DNA from: an uncultured Pelagibacteraceae bacterium
GTDB lineage: Bacteria; Pseudomonadota; Alphaproteobacteria; Pelagibacterales; Pelagibacteraceae
Direction of reading: 5' to 3'
Length of the DNA stretch: 64,000 bases
Assembly: GCA_902636075.1 (NCBI GenBank)
Contig: CACPQM010000005.1
Span: 4,446-68,445, forward strand
This document shows positions 58,953-64,000 of the stretch, piece by piece. The position numbers and the translations under genes are program-made. The stretch's first letter is position 1; each line of letters opens with the position of its first letter. The notes beneath the pieces are model-generated. The model had not been told where the DNA came from and did not search any database. It was given only the letters and a program-made list of their open reading frames with translations.

Positions 58953-60017
58953 TTATTTTTTTATAACATCTATATTATGTACCATACTTTCATAAAATCC
59001 TGCTTTAGTAATTTTTACAAATTTCGGTTTTTTTCTTAAATCAATTACTTTCTTGGCTCCCATGTAGCCCATTGAAGATTTTAAACCCCCAACTAAGTTG
59101 TAGATTATTTTATCAACTTTACCTTTGTATTTAATATATCCCTCTACACCTTCCGCTACGTATTTTGATGTATCCTTTTGTTTCTTTTGAAAATATCTGT
59201 CTGCTGAACCTTTATTCATAGCACCAATTGATCCCATGCCTCTAAAATATTTATATAATTTACCATTTTTCTTTATTTTTTTTCCTGGTGCCTCATCTGT
59301 GCCTGCAAATAATGAACCTATCATTACTGCATCTGCGCCAGCTGCTAATGCTTTAGCAATATCACCAGAAAATTTTATTCCACCATCAGCAATTAATGTT
59401 ATTTTACTTTTCCCAATTCCCTTTTTAACATTTAATATAGCGCTTAGTTGTGGAACACCTATTCCAGCTACAAGTCTTGTTGTACAAATTGATCCTGGAC
59501 CAATTCCTACTTTTATAATATCAACTCCTAGTCCTACCAAAAATTTTGCAGCTTCTGCTGTAGCTATATTTCCAGCACAAATTGCCGTTTTCTTAGGGCG
59601 TATTTTTTTTATTTTTTTAATTATTTCTCCTACTTTTTTGGTATGTCCATGCGCTGTATCAATTACTATTATGTCTAGGTTTTCTCTTAATATTTTTTGA
59701 GCTCTCTTAAATTCTTTCTCGCTTGCACCAACTGCCGCACCTACAAGTGTTTTTTTTGATTTTACCTTTCTAATTTCTTTAATTTGTTCTTCAATATTTA
59801 AGTTTCTATGAATTATGCCCAATCCCCCTGCTCTCGCCATAGCAATCCCCATTGAAGACTCTGTAACAGTATCCATTGCCGATGACAAAAGAGGTATTTT
59901 TATCTTTAGATTTTCTGTTAAATTAATTGAGGTATTAACTTCACTAGGTAGAATTTCTGAATAATTTGGAGCTAAAGTAACATCATCAAATGTTAAAGCT
60001 TCTTTAATAGTTCCCAT
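58953..60017 (-). CDS. guaB: IMP dehydrogenase lacking the CBS subdomain
   Basis: ALTFDDV, SSAMDTVT, GIGPGSICTT, ADGG and RGMGS motifs; only 354 aa. Confidence 0.97.
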   Translation of the reverse strand: MGTIKEALTFDDVTLAPNYSEILPSEVNTSINLTENLKIKIPLLSSAMDTVTESSMGIAMARAGGLGIIHRNLNIEEQIKEIRKVKSKKTLVGAAVGASEKEFKRAQKILRENLDIIVIDTAHGHTKKVGEIIKKIKKIRPKKTAICAGNIATAEAAKFLVGLGVDIIKVGIGPGSICTTRLVAGIGVPQLSAILNVKKGIGKSKITLIADGGIKFSGDIAKALAAGADAVMIGSLFAGTDEAPGKKIKKNGKLYKYFRGMGSIGAMNKGSADRYFQKKQKDTSKYVAEGVEGYIKYKGKVDKIIYNLVGGLKSSMGYMGAKKVIDLRKKPKFVKITKAGFYESMVHNIDVIKK

Positions 60018-60056
60018 GTCCTTATATAAATGATTCTTGAAAAAATAAAAGGATAA

Positions 60057-60668
60057 CTATCTCAAATTTCTACAAATTATAAAATTTTCTTTAGAATCTT
60101 TTCTACTCGAGGGTGGCTTAAATATATAAACATCTTTAAATGATTTTTTACCTAATGCGACAATCTCGTTAAAAGATGATCCCATAAAAAGTTTTGAAAT
60201 AAAGCTTCCTTTTTTATTTAGTAATTCAATAGCAAAATTCATTGCATCTGTACATAATTCACCTGTAACTAGTGAGTCTATACTCTTATTGCCTGTAGTG
60301 TTGACTGCCATATCTGAGATTATAAGATCTACTTTCTTTCCAAAATAATTTTGGATGGATTTTTTGTGCTTATCTTCTGTAAAATCTCCTTTTATATGAA
60401 ATGAATTCTTAATTGGTTCAATATCTTTCAAATCTATTGAAATAATTTTAGGCTTATGGAAGTTTCTTGATATATATTGAGACCAGCTTCCAGGAGCAGC
60501 GCCCAAATCAACAACTAGAATATTATTTTTGATTACTTTAAATTTTTCGTTTATTTCTTGTAACTTATATACAGCTCTAGACCTATAACCTTCTAGTTTC
60601 GATTTTTTTATGTAAATATCTCTTTTTTGTTTAATTATCCAATTTTTTGAAAATTTATTTTTTTTCAA
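60057..60668 (-). CDS. rlmE: 23S rRNA Um2552 methyltransferase (FtsJ)
   Basis: YRSRA.YKL, DLGAAPGSWSQ, SDMA and KP.SSR..S.E motifs. Confidence 0.96.
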   Translation of the reverse strand: MKKNKFSKNWIIKQKRDIYIKKSKLEGYRSRAVYKLQEINEKFKVIKNNILVVDLGAAPGSWSQYISRNFHKPKIISIDLKDIEPIKNSFHIKGDFTEDKHKKSIQNYFGKKVDLIISDMAVNTTGNKSIDSLVTGELCTDAMNFAIELLNKKGSFISKLFMGSSFNEIVALGKKSFKDVYIFKPPSSRKDSKENFIICRNLR

Positions 60669-61568
60669 CTAATTTCCATATCTTAGTGATTTTTCAATTA
60701 TTTCACCATCTAAAGTTTCAATTTTAGACACATGGTTTTTATCATTTCTAATATTATCATTATTCTTTCCAGCAAGATGTACAATTCCAATTTCATGATT
60801 TGGTAAATAAGGCTCTACAAAAGTGTTTTGCTTTTTGTCAAATTTGATAGCATCAATTAGTGTCCAATTACAATATGCTGGTAAAATTTCTACATCTAAA
60901 TTATCTGAATATATTGTGATATTCATAGCAATTTGCTCTGAACCCCAAATTTTTCCCGATGATAATGCTTTCTTTAAGTTTTTTTGCCAGATCTCCCAAT
61001 GCGGTGCCTTTTCTTCTAAACAAAATATTCCAATATTTAAATGAGGTTTAAGTGCAACTTCTCTTGAAATTTTTTCTGAAAAACCAGATGATTTTGCATG
61101 TTTATAGTTTTGTGACTTTATTCTTGCAAAACTTCCTAATACCCACTCTGCTCTTAAGACTCTTCCATAAGATCTATCTGCTGATGTTGCTATTGATAAT
61201 TTTTTATTCTCACATCCCTTTAAGTAAAGATCAATTGCAAACCATGAGTTAACCCAAGCATCAGCATCTATCCATAAATATTTTTTATAACCTGGAAAAT
61301 AATTTGGCAAGAATGCTCTTGAAACTTGACTTTTCAACCACTCTCTTCCTTTTACTTTAAAATTTGGAACTGCTATATCCCACTCTGCTTTTTTGATTCG
61401 AAATACTTTTTTTTCCAGTATTTTAACTTGTTCTTTAGTTAATCCTGCATCCAATATACAAAGATCTATCTCTTTGCTTTGTTCAAATCTGTTTATAGAG
61501 TCTACTAATTCATTTAAAAGATTAAAATAATTTGAGTCTGCTAGTGAAATTATTGTATTTTCCCTCAT
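60669..61568 (-). CDS. GT-A fold glycosyltransferase (GT8-like)
   Basis: WIDAD DxD motif, N.G.F, EQ..MN and IVHLAG. Confidence 0.65.
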   Translation of the reverse strand: MRENTIISLADSNYFNLLNELVDSINRFEQSKEIDLCILDAGLTKEQVKILEKKVFRIKKAEWDIAVPNFKVKGREWLKSQVSRAFLPNYFPGYKKYLWIDADAWVNSWFAIDLYLKGCENKKLSIATSADRSYGRVLRAEWVLGSFARIKSQNYKHAKSSGFSEKISREVALKPHLNIGIFCLEEKAPHWEIWQKNLKKALSSGKIWGSEQIAMNITIYSDNLDVEILPAYCNWTLIDAIKFDKKQNTFVEPYLPNHEIGIVHLAGKNNDNIRNDKNHVSKIETLDGEIIEKSLRYGN

Positions 61569-62366
61569 TTATAATACATCTTCATGATGATCAGTATCAT
61601 CTTTTGTGGCTTTAGCATTTTTTTTGATCATAAGAAAATGTATTGAACTTATAGGCACCATTAATATGTAAATTAAACCTGAAAAAAGAATTGCGTTGAA
61701 TGTATAAACAAGAATTAAGCCAAAATATAAAATTATTCCAAACAATAAAAATATTGATGCACTTCTTGGGACAGCTATCCTCTTGAAAGAATAAGTTGGT
61801 ATTTTGCTAATTAATAAAATTGAAACAACAATAAATATAATTGGTACAATAATCTGATAATTTAAATTTAAAAACTGAAATTCGCTAATACTTAATATTA
61901 ATGGCATTAAAACTAAAACTCCACCTGCAGGAGAAGGAATGCCTTCAAAAAAATTATCTTTCCATGAACTCTCTTCATTTGATGATACATTAAATCTTGC
62001 AAGTCTAAGTGCAACACAAACAACATAAATTAATGAAATTAACCAACCTACTCTTCCGATTTCTGACAAAGCCCAAAAATACATTATAAAAGCTGGGGCA
62101 ACTCCAAAACTTATAACATCAGTAAGTGAGTCTAATTCTTTGCCAACTTTAGAAGTTCCTTTAATCAGCCTTGCAATTCTACCATCTAAACCATCAATGA
62201 TTGCAGCGACTATGACTGCAATTATAGATAATTCAAATTTACCATCAAATGCAAACTTAATTGACGTTAAACCAATACATACTCCAACAAGTGTTAAAAT
62301 ATTTGGCAAAATTACTCTCGTCTTTTTATTAGAAACTAATTTAATGTTTTTATTTTGTGACTCCAT
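61569..62366 (-). CDS. pssA: CDP-diacylglycerol--serine O-phosphatidyltransferase
   Basis: PNILT, DGLDGRIAR, G.ELDSL.D.ISFGVAP and LRLARFN motifs; next to psd; start MESQ chosen. Confidence 0.92.
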   Translation of the reverse strand: MESQNKNIKLVSNKKTRVILPNILTLVGVCIGLTSIKFAFDGKFELSIIAVIVAAIIDGLDGRIARLIKGTSKVGKELDSLTDVISFGVAPAFIMYFWALSEIGRVGWLISLIYVVCVALRLARFNVSSNEESSWKDNFFEGIPSPAGGVLVLMPLILSISEFQFLNLNYQIIVPIIFIVVSILLISKIPTYSFKRIAVPRSASIFLLFGIILYFGLILVYTFNAILFSGLIYILMVPISSIHFLMIKKNAKATKDDTDHHEDVL

Positions 62367-62370
62367 TAAA

Positions 62371-63015
62371 TTATTTTTTTGCAATTAAAGTTTCGCCAGC
62401 TATAGTTTTTTGATCAACTTTTACTAAAGGAGAATAATTTTCAAAATATATATCAGCTCTACTTCCAAATCTGATCATGCCTATTCTTGAACCTTGTTCT
62501 ACAAGCTCATCTTTAGAAACCTCTGTTACAATCCGTCTTGCAACTAGTCCTGCTATTTGGACAACAATTATATCTTCCCCATCAGAATTTTTTATTTTAT
62601 AATAATTTCTCTCATTATCTTCACTTGCCTTATCTAAAGATGCATTAAAAAACTTTCCTGGTTTATAAAGTATCTCAGATATTGCTCCAGAACATGGAGA
62701 CCTATTTACATGGCAATCAAAGACATCCATAAAAATACTTATTTTTTTCATTTGTTTATTTTCTAAACCTAATTCTTTGGGACCATTAGTATCCATTACT
62801 TGCAATACAACTCCATCAGCCGGACTTGTGAGATAACTGTCATCTCCGATAGAAATTCTTTCAGGATCTCTAAAAAAGTAATAGCACCAAATGGTTAATA
62901 CCAACCCTATAAAACCAAGAAATCCATTTATGAAATAGAGAATTATAGTTGCGATTGCAAAAATAATAATAAATTTGTAACCTTCATTGTGTATTTTTGG
63001 AAATATTTTACTCAT
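62371..63015 (-). CDS. psd: Phosphatidylserine decarboxylase
   Basis: FFRDPER, SPADG, HVNR.P, QIAG..ARRI and IRFGSR (cleavage site) motifs. Confidence 0.96.
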   Translation of the reverse strand: MSKIFPKIHNEGYKFIIIFAIATIILYFINGFLGFIGLVLTIWCYYFFRDPERISIGDDSYLTSPADGVVLQVMDTNGPKELGLENKQMKKISIFMDVFDCHVNRSPCSGAISEILYKPGKFFNASLDKASEDNERNYYKIKNSDGEDIIVVQIAGLVARRIVTEVSKDELVEQGSRIGMIRFGSRADIYFENYSPLVKVDQKTIAGETLIAKK

Positions 63016-63093
63016 GACAAACCTATAATTGATAATTTTGGATTAATATGTATACAAAAAGAATAAATTCAACTATTAAGATATATCGAAAAA

Positions 63094-64000
63094 ATGAGTA
63101 AAATTAAGGTTAAAAACCCCATCGTAGAGTTAGATGGCGATGAAATGACCAGGGTTATATGGGACTTCATAAAAAATAAGCTCGTTTTAACTTATTTAGA
63201 TCTAAAAATTGAGTACTACGATTTAGGAATGGAAAGTAGGGATAAAACTGAAGACAAAATAACAATTGAATGTGCAAATGCAATTAAAAGAAATGGTGTT
63301 GGTATTAAGTGTGCAACCATCACTCCTGATGAAGCTAGAGTAAGAGAATTTAATCTTAAAAAAATGTGGAGATCTCCAAATGGTACAATAAGAAATATAA
63401 TTGGAGGAACTGTTTTTAGAGAACCTATAATTTGTAAAAATATTCCAAAACTTGTGCCCTCATGGACAGATCCATTGATCATAGGCAGGCATGCGTTTGG
63501 TGATCAATACAGAGCAACAGACTTTACAGTACCTGGTAAAGGTAAGTTAGAAATCAAATGGACTGCTGAAGATGGTTCTGATGAGAGAAAATATGAAGTC
63601 TTCAATTTCCCAGGTCCTGGAATTGCATTATCAATGTATAATTTGGATAAATCAATAGAGGACTTTGCAAGATCTTGTTTTAACTACGGATTAATTAAAA
63701 AATGGCCGGTTTATCTTTCTACTAAAAATACAATTTTAAAAAGATACGATGGAAGATTTAAAGATATTTTTGAAGAAGTTTTTGAAAAGGAATTTAAAGA
63801 TAGATTTAATGAAAATAAAATTACTTATGAACATAGATTAATAGATGACATGGTGGCATGTGCAATGAAATGGCATGGTAAATATATTTGGGCGTGTAAA
63901 AATTATGATGGAGATGTACAATCAGATACTGTTGCTCAAGGATATGGATCTTTGGGTTTAATGACAAGTGTTTTGCTTGCTCCAGATGGTAAAACAATGG
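63094..64000 (+). CDS. icd: NADP-dependent isocitrate dehydrogenase (3' truncated; missing from the ORF track)
   Basis: [42 protein letters not shown] and NYDGDVQSD; runs off the window end. Confidence 0.97.
   Translation, partial: MSKIKVKNPIVELDGDEMTRVIWDFIKNKLVLTYLDLKIEYYDLGMESRDKTEDKITIECANAIKRNGVGIKCATITPDEARVREFNLKKMWRSPNGTIRNIIGGTVFREPIICKNIPKLVPSWTDPLIIGRHAFGDQYRATDFTVPGKGKLEIKWTAEDGSDERKYEVFNFPGPGIALSMYNLDKSIEDFARSCFNYGLIKKWPVYLSTKNTILKRYDGRFKDIFEEVFEKEFKDRFNENKITYEHRLIDDMVACAMKWHGKYIWACKNYDGDVQSDTVAQGYGSLGLMTSVLLAPDGKTM

Noticed and set aside
59236-59700. 154-aa plus-strand ORF
   Set aside because: Antisense shadow of guaB.
60509-60521. CAACTAGAA match inside rlmE
   Set aside because: Single partial half-site in coding sequence, not the doublet; likely chance.
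2360-62388. Many other 60-125 aa ORFs nested in or antisense to recognised genes (e.g. 8992-9264, 13693-14010, 32737-33114, 53216-53536)
   Set aside because: All lie within well-supported CDSs and have shadow-frame composition with no motifs.
63216-63482. 88-aa minus-strand ORF
   Set aside because: Antisense shadow of icd, which the ORF track missed because it has no stop codon in the window.
1-64000. tRNA, rRNA, riboswitch or prophage
   Set aside because: Intergenic spaces are mostly under 100 bp and show no cloverleaf or riboswitch-like GC-rich structure by eye; no phage hallmark genes. An Infernal/tRNAscan run would be decisive.

Overview
Very AT-rich, extremely compact alphaproteobacterial chromosome segment. 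Gene content, overlapping genes and tiny intergenic spaces are typical of SAR11/Pelagibacterales (inference). Core genes: lptFG-lptD-surA-pdxA-rsmA, fabDG-acpP-gmk, rpsF-rpsR-rplI-dnaB, cvpA-purF, gshAB, yajQ, psd-pssA, rlmE, guaB-guaA, gloA, panB and icd (partial). Accessory modules: (i) a ~3 kb variable locus after yajQ (27.2-30.2 kb) in which short or unknown genes and gene fragments are separated by four co-oriented copies of AACTAGAAC-N3-AACTAGAAC-TTTT. It looks like a repeat-delimited gene-cassette array with no recombinase in the window and is the best candidate for an undescribed system. (ii) A DMT-amidinotransferase-threonine aldolase operon. (iii) HPP transporter plus NAD-dependent formate dehydrogenase. 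(iv) A photo-oxidative block with an Fe-S-less PhrB-type (6-4) photolyase, DUF393, DUF2256 and a UfaD/UfaO/UfaM-like (furan fatty acid) cluster. (v) pxpABC 5-oxoprolinase with a DctP6/7-like TRAP transporter (pyroglutamate use). No rRNA, tRNA, CRISPR array, integrase or transposase was recognised. All calls rest on motif recognition by eye; no searches were run.
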